Positions 35,904-45,295 of a DNA stretch of 64,000 nt are shown piece by piece. A program made the translations under genes and the position numbers. Positions within the stretch are counted from its first letter, which is position 1. The number at the start of each line of letters is the position of its first letter. This stretch comes from Bacteroidaceae bacterium (lineage in GTDB: Bacteria; Bacteroidota; Bacteroidia; Bacteroidales; Bacteroidaceae), in assembly GCA_045606445.1 (NCBI GenBank), contig JAZURY010000025.1:12982-76981 (forward strand), given 5' to 3'. The notes beneath the pieces are model-generated. The model worked only from the letters and a program-made list of their open reading frames with translations, did no database searches and was not told the origin of the DNA.

Positions 35904-37027
35904 CAGATACTTTTGCCAATCTTCCTGCCTGTCCTCCTGACGTTTTCCATGGCAGTGTCGTGCTGCATGGCCAGTTCTTCGGGGAGGTTGTCGGGGTTGA
36001 TGGAGAGGATTTCTCTGAAACAGCTTTCCTGCAGTTCCCTGCACCACTGTATGCAACCGCCTACGGCTATGGTGGGGACGCCTTGGGCTGTTGCCCTTTT
36101 CAGCACTCCTCCGGGTGCTTTGCCCATGAGGGTCTGACGGTCTATGCGCCCTTCGCCGGTGACAACAAGGTCGCTGCCCTTGATGATGTCGTCAAAATTT
36201 ATGGCGTCGAGAACCAGGTCTATGCCTTTCATCAAACGTGCATCGAGCATGGCCATCATGCCAGCGCCCATGCCGCCGGCTGCACCTGCTCCGGGAATGT
36301 GTGCTATGTCCTTGCCGAGTGACCGTTGTATCGCTTCGGCATAAACATGCAGACCTTTATCCAGCAGCGCGACCATCTCCGCATCGGCACCTTTCTGCGG
36401 TGCGAAGATGTAGGCGGCTCCATTGGGACCGTGAAGCGGATTGTCTACATCGCATGCTACCGTGAACTGACATTCGCTGAGTTGTGGCAGTGCCTGTGAT
36501 GCGTCTATCCTGTGGATATGTCCAAGGATTTCTCCACCACCGGCAAGTTCTTGCCCGTCCTTGTCCAAGAAACGGTAGCCAAGGGCACGGAGCATACCTG
36601 TGCCGCCATCGTTTGTGGCGCTGCCGCCTATGCCTATGAGGAACTTCCTGCATCCCTGGCTTATGGCATGGGCAATGAGTTGGCCGGTCCCGTATGTCGT
36701 GGTCTTCATGGGGTTCCTCTCCTCGGGACTTAGCAGGGGCAGACCGCTTGCCGATGCCATTTCCATGATGGCAGTATGTTCGTGCCTGATGATACCGTAC
36801 CGTGCCTTGATGTCGCGTCCGAGCGGGTCGGATACGGTTGTCTCGCACCATTCCCCATGCAAGGTCCTGACAAGTGCTTCTGCGGTTCCCTCTCCACCGT
36901 CGGCTATGCACACCTTGTTTACGGTGCAGTGGGGTAGGGCGCTGAGCAATCCTTCCTGAAAGGCATCCGCCACTTCTTCGGAGGTAAGCGAACCTTTGAA
37001 TGAGTCGAAGGCAAGGGTTATGGTCAT
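35879..37027 (-). CDS. glxK: Glycerate kinase
   Basis: From ATG 37027: MTITLAFDSFKGSLTSEEV, IGIGGSATNDGGTGM and VVTGEGRIDRQTLMGKAP motifs. Confidence 0.9.
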   Translation of the reverse strand: MTITLAFDSFKGSLTSEEVADAFQEGLLSALPHCTVNKVCIADGGEGTAEALVRTLHGEWCETTVSDPLGRDIKARYGIIRHEHTAIMEMASASGLPLLSPEERNPMKTTTYGTGQLIAHAISQGCRKFLIGIGGSATNDGGTGMLRALGYRFLDKDGQELAGGGEILGHIHRIDASQALPQLSECQFTVACDVDNPLHGPNGAAYIFAPQKGADAEMVALLDKGLHVYAEAIQRSLGKDIAHIPGAGAAGGMGAGMMAMLDARLMKGIDLVLDAINFDDIIKGSDLVVTGEGRIDRQTLMGKAPGGVLKRATAQGVPTIAVGGCIQWCRELQESCFREILSINPDNLPEELAMQHDTAMENVRRTGRKIGKSICYGSQSLT

Positions 37028-37165
37028 GCGTTGTCGTGTGGAAATATTTGTATGTTCGGCACACAAAAGTATCATAAATGCTTGACTAATGCAAGAGAAG
37101 AAGAAAAAAATGACGTTGATGCAGTCATTGTGTGCCTTTTCGTATGCGCGCGCGTATAATAGTCT

Positions 37166-37219
37166 TCTCTTGCTTATTCGTACCCTTGACCTGTCGGTCT
37201 AAGGTACTTTTACTCGGAA
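37166..37219 (+). repeat. Promoter-like/hairpin repeat family, copy 1
   Basis: TCTCTTGCTTATTCGTACCCTTGACCTGTCGGTCTAAGGTACTTTTACTCGGAA. The same element occurs at 38566 and 51246. Confidence 0.85.
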
Positions 37220-37506
37220 ACCCCTAAGAAACGTAGATTTATAAAAAGACTCACCAACCTTGCGCATTTGCAGATTTATCACTACATTTGCGGTGGTAAA
37301 ATCACTGCTTTAAAGTAGTTATGGACAGGAACAGAGCATGCAATTCGCACTTCTACAAGTGGGTGCTTGTAGAAGTGTGTTTGCGCATAGTCCTGTGTAT
37401 CAGCAATCCCCTGAACGCCACAGGCGTCCTGGTGGTACGCACCAGTACAGGCATTAGTTATAGAGTGTCTAACCCCTAAAACAACAACCCGATAAAACAT
37501 TAAACG

Positions 37507-38244
37507 ATGAAAAAGATATTTACTCTTATTGCACTGCTTGCCTTTGTCCTTGGTGCCATGGCACAAGGCCAGTATTTTTATGAATGGAAGGACGGAAAGT
37601 ATGTCCAGCGCTCCTTGTCCGAGGTAGACTCCATCACATTCTCACTTCCCGAGTCTCCTGAAAAGGAGTATAAATATGTCGACCTCGGTCTCCCCAGCGG
37701 AACCCTGTGGGCTGACCGCAATGTCGGTGCTGACTCTCCCGAGGCCTACGGCGACTATTTCGCCTGGGGCGAAACCACAACAAAGAGTATTTACGACTGG
37801 AGCACCTACAAGTGGTTCCGAGGCGATGATAATACCCTAACCAAGTACTGTACCAATAGTTCTTACGGCACCATAGATAACAAAACCGTCCTTGACCTTG
37901 AGGACGATGCCGCCTATGTCAATATGGGTAAAGAATGGCGCATGCCCACCTATGATGAACAGGAAGAACTCAGAAACAACTGCACCTGGACATGGACCAC
38001 CCAAAACGGAACCCGAGGTTACAAGGTAACCGGTCCTAACGGCAATTCCATCTTCCTACCTGCTGCCGGCTATCGCTACGATGGCAAACTCGGCAGCGCA
38101 GGCTCCTGCGGTAACTACTGGTTGTCTTCGCTCTACGAGGGCAATTCATACGGCGCGTGGCGCCTGTACTTCGATTCGGGCGGTCGCCTCACGGAGTACT
38201 ACAACCGCTACTACGGGCACACCGTGCGTGCTGTGGTGCGTTGA
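37507..38244 (+). CDS. Secreted FISUMP/DUF1566-like protein (Fibrobacter succinogenes major paralogous domain type)
   Basis: Signal peptide. LGLPSGTLWADRNVGA..YGDYFAWGE, IFLPAAGYR, G.YWLSS and the C-terminal GHTVRAVV are the usual landmarks. Confidence 0.6.
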   Translation: MKKIFTLIALLAFVLGAMAQGQYFYEWKDGKYVQRSLSEVDSITFSLPESPEKEYKYVDLGLPSGTLWADRNVGADSPEAYGDYFAWGETTTKSIYDWSTYKWFRGDDNTLTKYCTNSSYGTIDNKTVLDLEDDAAYVNMGKEWRMPTYDEQEELRNNCTWTWTTQNGTRGYKVTGPNGNSIFLPAAGYRYDGKLGSAGSCGNYWLSSLYEGNSYGAWRLYFDSGGRLTEYYNRYYGHTVRAVVR

Positions 38245-38358
38245 GAATTTGTGCATCCAAGTACCAAGAGCAAAGAACAATAACAATATTCAGTTGTAAC
38301 TAAAGTCTGTGATGCTTGAAACTCCATGGGAGCGAGAATGTGTCAAAATAGGCAAGTG

Positions 38359-38444
38359 GTCTAAAACGATGACTTTTTCGTTACTTTAGACGTGCTATTG
38401 CCCGATATGATGTCTAAAACGATGATTTTTTCACCACTTTAGAC
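38359..38444. repeat. Two copies of a 33-bp inverted-repeat element GTCTAAAACGATGA(C/T)TTTTTC...ACTTTAGAC
   Basis: Copies at 38359-38391 and 38412-38444, offset by 53 bp. Confidence 0.85.
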
Positions 38445-38565
38445 ATGGTATCTAAAAAATAATCATATCTTTGCAATGAACTAAAGATAAGAGAGAATAG
38501 TATGGGCAACATCACGCAGCGTCCCTACCATGTTTCTGCTTTCGCTTAACCGTTTTTTCGGAAAA

Positions 38566-38692
38566 TCTCTCACTTATTCGTACCCTTGACCTTCGGTCGA
38601 AGGTACTTCTGCTCGGAAGTAAAAAAAAATCCAAATTTATTTTGTACTTCTCTCGCTTATTCGTACCATTGGCTTAGCCGAAGGTACTGTTT
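38566..38692 (+). repeat. Promoter-like/hairpin repeat family, copies 2a and 2b
   Basis: TCTCTCACTTATTCGTACCCTTGACCTTCGGTCGAAGGTACTTCTGCTCGGAAGTAAAAAAAAATCCAAATTTATTTTGTACTTCTCTCGCTTATTCGTACCATTGGCTTAGCCGAAGGTAC. Nearly identical to 51246-51352 over about 100 bp. Confidence 0.9.
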
Positions 38693-38831
38693 GTTTTGGC
38701 GCGTTAAAATCATAATCTTTCTCCCGTTTTCTTGCTTTTGTTATATAAGTGTTATATATTTGTAAACACAATTGTAAACACAATTCGGGACTATATACAA
38801 TATAAGGTGTAGTATATAAAGGAATGAGTGC

Positions 38832-39887
38832 ATGAGATATATTGCAACAATACTTTTGCTATTGAAGACCGTAACTTTCTTATGGTGCGGTATCGTTTTG
38901 TGGAGACGACGCAGCGAGACGGGCGACTGCTCTCGTAACATACAGGCTGTGCTATGTTGGATAGGGGCAATTTTTGCTTTTATGTTTATTTTTCGTACTT
39001 GGCAAAAGACAACTACGGCTGATGGAGCGTTTCTGGAACCAGAGCACATTTTTGTGCCTGTTCTCATTCAGATGACCTATTTCCTATATCCTTTGGAGGT
39101 GATGCGGCCTACTGTCAGTCGTGCCAAAATATACACCATGCTTTTTGCGCCTTTGCTTGTGTTGGTGCTTATAGGTATGTGCTCAGGCATCGAATATACT
39201 CCTATTTTAAATTATGCTGATCTGTGGGAACACCTTGGTGAGTTCAATGTACAATTTCGTCTCCTCACCCTCATCGTCATGTTGTTCTATAGTTTTTCGC
39301 TCTTTCTGGTTCCTTATGATTGGCATCACAGTTCCGCCGACCGCAAGTTTATTCTCACTTATTCTTCCGGCTTCTGCATAATAGGTCTTGTGCACTTTCT
39401 AACACAGATGACTCATATGTACTGGCTGGTGCTCATACATGATCTGCTGTGGATGCTCTTCTTTATACTTGTAACAAACTACGAGCTCTACGAGCGTCTT
39501 CTGCCGTCTTCTTCTATTGACATTAATACTCATGGCAACGATGTAGTTTCAGAAGATGATACTCTGTGGGAACACATTGCACTACTGCTCGAGAGCAATG
39601 GCAAGTGGCGTAGTCCGGAACTTAGTCTTACTTCGCTTTCGGAGCAGCTTGAGTCCAACCGCACATATGTTGGCGAAGCGTTCAAACGCAACACTGGACG
39701 CACCTTCGTGGACTACATCACACATCGTCGCATTAACTATGTCGTGGAGAGTATGAAGCGCCATCCCGAAGCAAATATTAATGAGTTATTCAACTATGTC
39801 GGCTACCGACAAAGGTCCACAGCATGGAGAAACTTTCAAAAAATTACAGGTTTCACCCCAACAGAGTTTATTAAAGGATTAAAATAG
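38832..39887 (+). CDS. Membrane-embedded AraC/XylS-family transcriptional regulator
   Basis: About 230 aa of hydrophobic segments (several predicted TM helices). The C-terminus is an AraC HTH (LTSLSEQLESNRTYVGEAFKRNTGRTFVDYITHRRINY...YVGYRQRSTAWRNFQKITGFTPTEF). Confidence 0.75.
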   Translation: MRYIATILLLLKTVTFLWCGIVLWRRRSETGDCSRNIQAVLCWIGAIFAFMFIFRTWQKTTTADGAFLEPEHIFVPVLIQMTYFLYPLEVMRPTVSRAKIYTMLFAPLLVLVLIGMCSGIEYTPILNYADLWEHLGEFNVQFRLLTLIVMLFYSFSLFLVPYDWHHSSADRKFILTYSSGFCIIGLVHFLTQMTHMYWLVLIHDLLWMLFFILVTNYELYERLLPSSSIDINTHGNDVVSEDDTLWEHIALLLESNGKWRSPELSLTSLSEQLESNRTYVGEAFKRNTGRTFVDYITHRRINYVVESMKRHPEANINELFNYVGYRQRSTAWRNFQKITGFTPTEFIKGLK

Positions 39888-39890
39888 ATG

Positions 39891-39935
39891 AATCGCCCGT
39901 TTCTTCGATGAAATGGGCGATTTTCTTGTCTTTTT
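39891..39935 (+). terminator. Intrinsic terminator after the AraC-type gene
   Basis: AATCGCCCGTTTC-N6-GAAATGGGCGATT (13-bp stem with one G-U pair), then TTTCTTGTCTTTTT. Confidence 0.7.
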
Positions 39936-40240
39936 GCAAGCCTTTACATTGACTTTATAATTTTTGTAAAAATGCAACGCCTGTGTTGTAAAACGACAAC
40001 GCGGATAATTTTATTATCTATGCCTTATGTTGTAATTTTGCCGACTCAAACGGACATGGTCGTTCCTGTTCGCAAAATGATATGCTAAGAAAGAAGGTCC
40101 ATGATAGGGTTTCCCCCAAAAAAGGATGATGCCGGCACTGCTGGTATGTAGCAAAATCTATGCTGTGTACGGCAGTCGTGTAACACCAATCGTCATGCTG
40201 GCGACGGTCGTTCCCGCTTTACCTTCGTTAGCATTCCAGA

Positions 40241-40280
40241 GTTAACAAATGTTAATGGGGGGGGGTAAATCGGCAAATTG
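40241..40280 (+). promoter_or_regulatory. Conserved upstream motif with G9 tract (pilus operon 2)
   Basis: GTTAACAAATGTTAAT-G9(40257-40265)-TAAATCGGCAAATTG. Confidence 0.6.
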
Positions 40281-40435
40281 CATGCTGTAAAGCATATAAT
40301 TTAGTTAAAAAGTCTTGCCTTTGTGCCCGAAAACGTTTTGGACTACATAAGGGAGAGTAGGTTTCAACCGTGACAGAACTGGTTTCTGGTTACGTTGTAT
40401 ATAAGGTTTAGTTTGTTTAGGAGATTGTTGCAAGG

Positions 40436-41713
40436 ATGTTGAGGTTGATCATCTTATTATTGTGTTCCTTATGCATGACAACGGTGTATTGTCGTGCAGA
40501 CAAGGATACAGTGAGCACGCAAGGTGATCACTATTACCTATATTATTATAGGGATCGTGTCGATTTGCAGGAAGACTATCTCGACAACGAAAGGCAGATG
40601 GCGCGTATCAAAAAGATAATGTCGTTGTCTCCCCGTATAGACAGCATTGTTGTCTATGCCTACTCCTCGCCTGAAGGAACTCCCCGCCGCAATAAGTTCC
40701 TGGCTCGTGAGCGTGCCAAGGTTGCGCGTCAGTTCATTCTTGACAACCTCCCCAATGATTCTGTCCTTAGACCCGAGAACATCATCCTCCGCCCAATGGG
40801 TGAGAACTGGGAGGGCCTCAGAAAGGAAATCCAAGAAAACTATCACCGGAAGAATCGTGACAAGGTTCTGAGAATCCTGGACTCAAAGGTCAATACCGAG
40901 TCCAAGAAGTGGCGTCTGCAGAACATAGATAACAGCTATACCTGGAAATGGATTATTAGGAATCACATGCCCCAGTTGCGTGTTGCAACTTGGGTTTGTG
41001 TCTTTGTTCCAACTCCAGAGCTCTGTGAGGACACTATATTTACAGAAGAAACAGTAGAGCCGCTTCCTGAGATTGTCCAGCCGCAGGATTCGGTAGTACT
41101 CGTAGACACCATAGTGCCAATTGAACCGATTCCTGTAGCCAAGCAGCGTAAATTGCCCGTTTGGGCACTGAAGACCAACTTGCTTTACGATGCGGCTCTT
41201 GTGCCCAGCCTGGGTGGAGAGTTTTATCTGGGCAAGCAGTGGAGCATTGCCGCCAACTGGCAGTATGCATGGTGGAACACCAAGAAGTGGTTCTGGCGCA
41301 CGTACGGCGGTGAAGTGGCTCTGCGCATGTGGCTGGGCAAACAGGCAAAGGCCAAGCCTCTTTCCGGGCACCACGTAGGATTGTACGGGCAGATTCTTAC
41401 TTACGACTTCATGTTGGGCAGTTCCGGTTATATGTCGGGCAATCCCAGAGAGAGGCTTTTCGACAGGCCTTCCTATAGCGTAGGTTTGGAATACGGTTAC
41501 TCTTTGCCCATAGCCAAGAGGCTGAATCTGGATTTCGTGATAGGTTTGGGTTATCTCAGGGGCATACACAATGAGTATCGCCTTATTGATGACTGCTATG
41601 TGTGGCAAGCCCAGAAGAAGGTAAGCTATTTCGGCCCCACCAAGGCAGAGATAACGTTGGTATGGCTACTGGGCAGTGACAACATAAGCAAAAGGAAAGG
41701 AGGCAAGAAGTGA
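40436..41713 (+). CDS. Outer-membrane protein, DUF3868-like N-domain + DUF3575-like beta-barrel (lead gene of pilus operon 2)
   Basis: Paralog of 26484-27734. Shared blocks include YYYRDRVDLQEDYLDN, YAYSSPEGTPRRNKFLARERAKVARQFILDNLPNDSVL, MGENWEGL, KKWRLQ and MPQLRVATWVCV. Confidence 0.65.
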   Translation: MLRLIILLLCSLCMTTVYCRADKDTVSTQGDHYYLYYYRDRVDLQEDYLDNERQMARIKKIMSLSPRIDSIVVYAYSSPEGTPRRNKFLARERAKVARQFILDNLPNDSVLRPENIILRPMGENWEGLRKEIQENYHRKNRDKVLRILDSKVNTESKKWRLQNIDNSYTWKWIIRNHMPQLRVATWVCVFVPTPELCEDTIFTEETVEPLPEIVQPQDSVVLVDTIVPIEPIPVAKQRKLPVWALKTNLLYDAALVPSLGGEFYLGKQWSIAANWQYAWWNTKKWFWRTYGGEVALRMWLGKQAKAKPLSGHHVGLYGQILTYDFMLGSSGYMSGNPRERLFDRPSYSVGLEYGYSLPIAKRLNLDFVIGLGYLRGIHNEYRLIDDCYVWQAQKKVSYFGPTKAEITLVWLLGSDNISKRKGGKK

Positions 41714-42786
41714 TGAGACGTTTCAATTTCCTTTCCGCCTTGTTGCGATGCGGTGTCCTGCTCCTCGTGCTATTCGGTACGATGTCATGCGAGCACAAGG
41801 ACCTGTGTTTCCGCCATCCGCATGATGCTCTTGTCAGAGTGGACGTGGACTGGAGCCAGTTCCACGAGGAAACCCTAACCGGAATGAGTGTGATGGTATA
41901 TCCGGAAGATCCGGAAATGCAATGCAGGACGGTGCTTTCCAACGAAATATCCTATGCGACCATGGCCCTGCCTGCCGGCAGGTACAAGACCCTGGTCTAT
42001 AACCAAAGCCCCACTGAGTTCGGTTCTGTGTATTTCAGCGATATGGACCAGTTCTACAAGGCTGTGGTGAAGGGCAACAAGATGACTTCCCGATGGTACG
42101 TGACACGTGCAGAGGACGAAATCGTTATCATGCAGCCGGAATGGATAGCTTGTGACAGCCAGACCGATGTGGTGGTGACTGACGAGATGGTGCAGGCTAC
42201 CGACGAGATGAAACTGCAGCAGGCCATGCAGACCAAGCAGGGAAGGACACGATACGAGTCGGCTTTCCCCATTTCCAGCCTTGTCCCCCTGAACATAATC
42301 TCCACACTGAATGTAAAGGTGTACGTGAAGGGTATACACAACCTCCGTTCTGCCAGAGCTTCTGTAAGCGGTTTTGCCGACGGCTGTATGCTGGCAACCA
42401 GACAATATACCACCACGACGGCAACGCACTTGATGGAAAAATGGTCTGTTACAGTAGCTCCTGCCGATCCCACGCAAGGTTACATCTTCGGTAGCATATC
42501 CTGTTTCGGACTGCCGGCGGACCATCAGGGATTGGCAGAAGAGAATAACTTCATCCTGGATGTGCTCCTTGTGGACAACAAGACCATCTTGCAGTTCCCC
42601 TTCCAGGTGGGAGATGCTTTCGTAAAGCAGACAGGCACGGATGAAACACATGAGCTTTCCATAAATCTGGAGATATATTTGGACTCCCCCCTACCCGATG
42701 TAAAACCGGAAGGTGGTTCTGGCAGTGGTTTCGATGCCACGGTGGACGATTGGGGACCAGAAGAAAATGTAGACATTAATATGTAA
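41713..42786 (+). CDS. Lipoprotein, DUF5119-like (FimB/Mfa2-position pilus component)
   Basis: Start overlaps the previous stop. Lipobox FGTMSC followed by EHKDLCFRHPH. Confidence 0.6.
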   Translation: MRRFNFLSALLRCGVLLLVLFGTMSCEHKDLCFRHPHDALVRVDVDWSQFHEETLTGMSVMVYPEDPEMQCRTVLSNEISYATMALPAGRYKTLVYNQSPTEFGSVYFSDMDQFYKAVVKGNKMTSRWYVTRAEDEIVIMQPEWIACDSQTDVVVTDEMVQATDEMKLQQAMQTKQGRTRYESAFPISSLVPLNIISTLNVKVYVKGIHNLRSARASVSGFADGCMLATRQYTTTTATHLMEKWSVTVAPADPTQGYIFGSISCFGLPADHQGLAEENNFILDVLLVDNKTILQFPFQVGDAFVKQTGTDETHELSINLEIYLDSPLPDVKPEGGSGSGFDATVDDWGPEENVDINM

Positions 42787-42868
42787 TTCCACTGCCCATA
42801 TATATAATAATGTATATAGATAACAAAACAACTTATTTTATTAATATTAACTTTTAATTGTTTTAGAC

Positions 42869-43969
42869 ATGAAAAAGAGTTTATTCACAGGGTTCATCGC
42901 CCTTGCCGCTCTGACAATGACGAGCTGCTCAAATGATGAAAACATGGTTAGCATTCCTCAGGGCAATGCCATTGAGTTCGGCACCTATGTGGGTAGAGAC
43001 GCACAGACACGTGCGCATTCTGTTGAAACTCTGGCTAAGCTTGCAGAGGATGGTGGTTTTGGCGTATATGCTTATTATACGGATAATGGCAATTTCAATC
43101 CGGCTTCTTCTACACCTAACTTTATGAAGAACCAACATGTAACGTCAACAGATGGATCGACCTGGACTTATGCTCCAGTAAAATATTGGCCAAATGAAGT
43201 AACCGATAAGCTCAGTTTCTTTGCCTATGCACCTTGGGATGCCAATCCTACGGTAGCTGCATCTGGTGACCCTGTTCTCACATTCACTGTTCCTGCGGAC
43301 GTAACTGCTCATACAGACCTTTTGGTGGCTGATGCTAGCGCCTTGATAAACATGACTAAGCAGAACACAACAGGAAGCGTGCTGTTCAATTTTAAGCATG
43401 CGTTATCTCGCGTAGGTTTCAAAGTAGAGGCTGTTGTTGATGAAGTTAATAACCAAGGAAATGGTGTTGTAGACAATGATAGCCAATATGACAAAGTGAT
43501 TGATGGAAATACTACTGTTTCTGTTCAAGAAGTGCAATTGATAGGTGATTTCCATACAAGTGCATCTATTAACATGAATACATCTGCATGGAGTAGCTAT
43601 TCAGGTACAACTTCAAGTTATAGTCTTTCTTCTGTTTCTGGTGATTTTGAAGCAGTAGCGAATAATGTAACACATGAAAAACAGCAATTAAACACGGCTT
43701 CAGAATACATGATGATTATTCCTCATGCAACAATGGGTGTTAAGGTTAGAGTTAAATATACAGTAACAACAGAAGATGCCAATCTGGACGGAGACAAATC
43801 AGTAGTTGAAAATGATATCACTTCTGATGAATTCGCCTTTACTTTTGATCAAGGTAAGGCTTACAACTTTGTGCTTCATCTTGGCCTGACTTCTGTTAAG
43901 TTGTCAGCTTCCGTTTCTGGATGGGAAGAGACAGATCATGTAGTTAATGTTCCTTTGAACGAGATGTAA
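42869..43969 (+). CDS. Fimbrillin-family lipoprotein (candidate major subunit of operon 2)
   Basis: Lipobox LTMTSC. NFKHALSRVGFKVEA motif. Followed by strong hairpins. Confidence 0.7.
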   Translation: MKKSLFTGFIALAALTMTSCSNDENMVSIPQGNAIEFGTYVGRDAQTRAHSVETLAKLAEDGGFGVYAYYTDNGNFNPASSTPNFMKNQHVTSTDGSTWTYAPVKYWPNEVTDKLSFFAYAPWDANPTVAASGDPVLTFTVPADVTAHTDLLVADASALINMTKQNTTGSVLFNFKHALSRVGFKVEAVVDEVNNQGNGVVDNDSQYDKVIDGNTTVSVQEVQLIGDFHTSASINMNTSAWSSYSGTTSSYSLSSVSGDFEAVANNVTHEKQQLNTASEYMMIIPHATMGVKVRVKYTVTTEDANLDGDKSVVENDITSDEFAFTFDQGKAYNFVLHLGLTSVKLSASVSGWEETDHVVNVPLNEM

Positions 43970-44161
43970 TTATGTTCCCCCCGGCCGGTCCCTGACCGGA
44001 GGGAATTCCAATGATGCTATAGGTTGGGCGGGGTTGAATGTCCCCTCCCAATCACAAAGACGCAGAATGCAGTTGTAGTTAGAACACAATAGCAGCGCAA
44101 CAACAATCCCGGGCGGGCTTGACCGCCTTCCCGGGAACTAATGAAGATGAAAAAGAAATAA

Positions 44162-45295
44162 ATGGAAGCAAAACAAAGCCCACATATCACCATTCGTCGG
44201 GTAGCGAGAATATGTATTTTCGCTCTGCTCCCTGCTCTATTGGGTTGTGGAGACCAAGATGTTCTGGAAAACAACCTTCAACTATCAGACAGGGAAATAG
44301 AACTGGGGGTAGATGGTTGGAGGCCCATGACCGAGTCGCGGGCCACCATCTTTGAAGACGAGGACGATTTCCTGAATGATGATGAAACCGGAAAGGGCGG
44401 AGGTAACTTTACGATGCACGCTTATTTAAGAGAGACAGGTGCAACCTACATCGGTGGAAGCAGAGCATGGTATTTTGTGCCCGATGGAGAGACCAAGGGC
44501 AACTGGAGATTTTACGACCAAGTAAACAACCGTTTTATACAATATTACTGGCCTCAAAACAATACAGTGGATTTCTTTGCCTATATGCCTTGGAAGGGCA
44601 GCGGCAGGCAGAATATTATAGAAGTGGGAAACTACACTCCTGGTACGGGGCTGACAGTCAATTGTGAGATGCAGCAGCCAACTACATTGGAAGATGTGAA
44701 CGGACAAGAAACCATCATAGCCTATACAGCAAACAAAAGCAAAGCGGACAAGTCGGTGAACATGCACTTTGTACATCCATTCTCGGCTGTATATTTCAAA
44801 CTGAAACAAGCTCATCGTAATCTGAAAATCAATTGGTTCAGATTTGATAATGTCTATTTGAACGGAACCTCTTCCATGAATTCCAGTACTGATGGCAGTA
44901 CTGTAGTTGCATGGACACCAAAAGGAACTCCTGGTACATTTTCCATACCGGTAGCAAAGACCATTCCGGATGACATCAACTTTGGTGGTGATATCGGTGG
45001 ACCTTATATGGTAATGCCACAGGTGTTTGACCATAAGGCAACGCCAGCCAATCCAGATGATGACGTGATGCTGACAGTCAATTACACATGGGACGACGGT
45101 CTTGATACAGACGTGACAAACGATACCAAACAGTTTTCCCGTTCCATTACGACAACCGGTGTAACGGAGTGGATAGCAGGAAAAAAATACACTTACATGC
45201 TTGACTTGGGAGACAATAAGGAAGAAATTCTTTTTAAGGTGATTGTTGAGCCTTGGGATGTGGAAGGCTACGATCATATAATTGATGTGCAATGA
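44162..45295 (+). CDS. Fimbrillin-family lipoprotein
   Basis: Lipobox ALLGC. HFVHPFSAVYFKLKQ motif. Confidence 0.65.
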   Translation: MEAKQSPHITIRRVARICIFALLPALLGCGDQDVLENNLQLSDREIELGVDGWRPMTESRATIFEDEDDFLNDDETGKGGGNFTMHAYLRETGATYIGGSRAWYFVPDGETKGNWRFYDQVNNRFIQYYWPQNNTVDFFAYMPWKGSGRQNIIEVGNYTPGTGLTVNCEMQQPTTLEDVNGQETIIAYTANKSKADKSVNMHFVHPFSAVYFKLKQAHRNLKINWFRFDNVYLNGTSSMNSSTDGSTVVAWTPKGTPGTFSIPVAKTIPDDINFGGDIGGPYMVMPQVFDHKATPANPDDDVMLTVNYTWDDGLDTDVTNDTKQFSRSITTTGVTEWIAGKKYTYMLDLGDNKEEILFKVIVEPWDVEGYDHIIDVQ

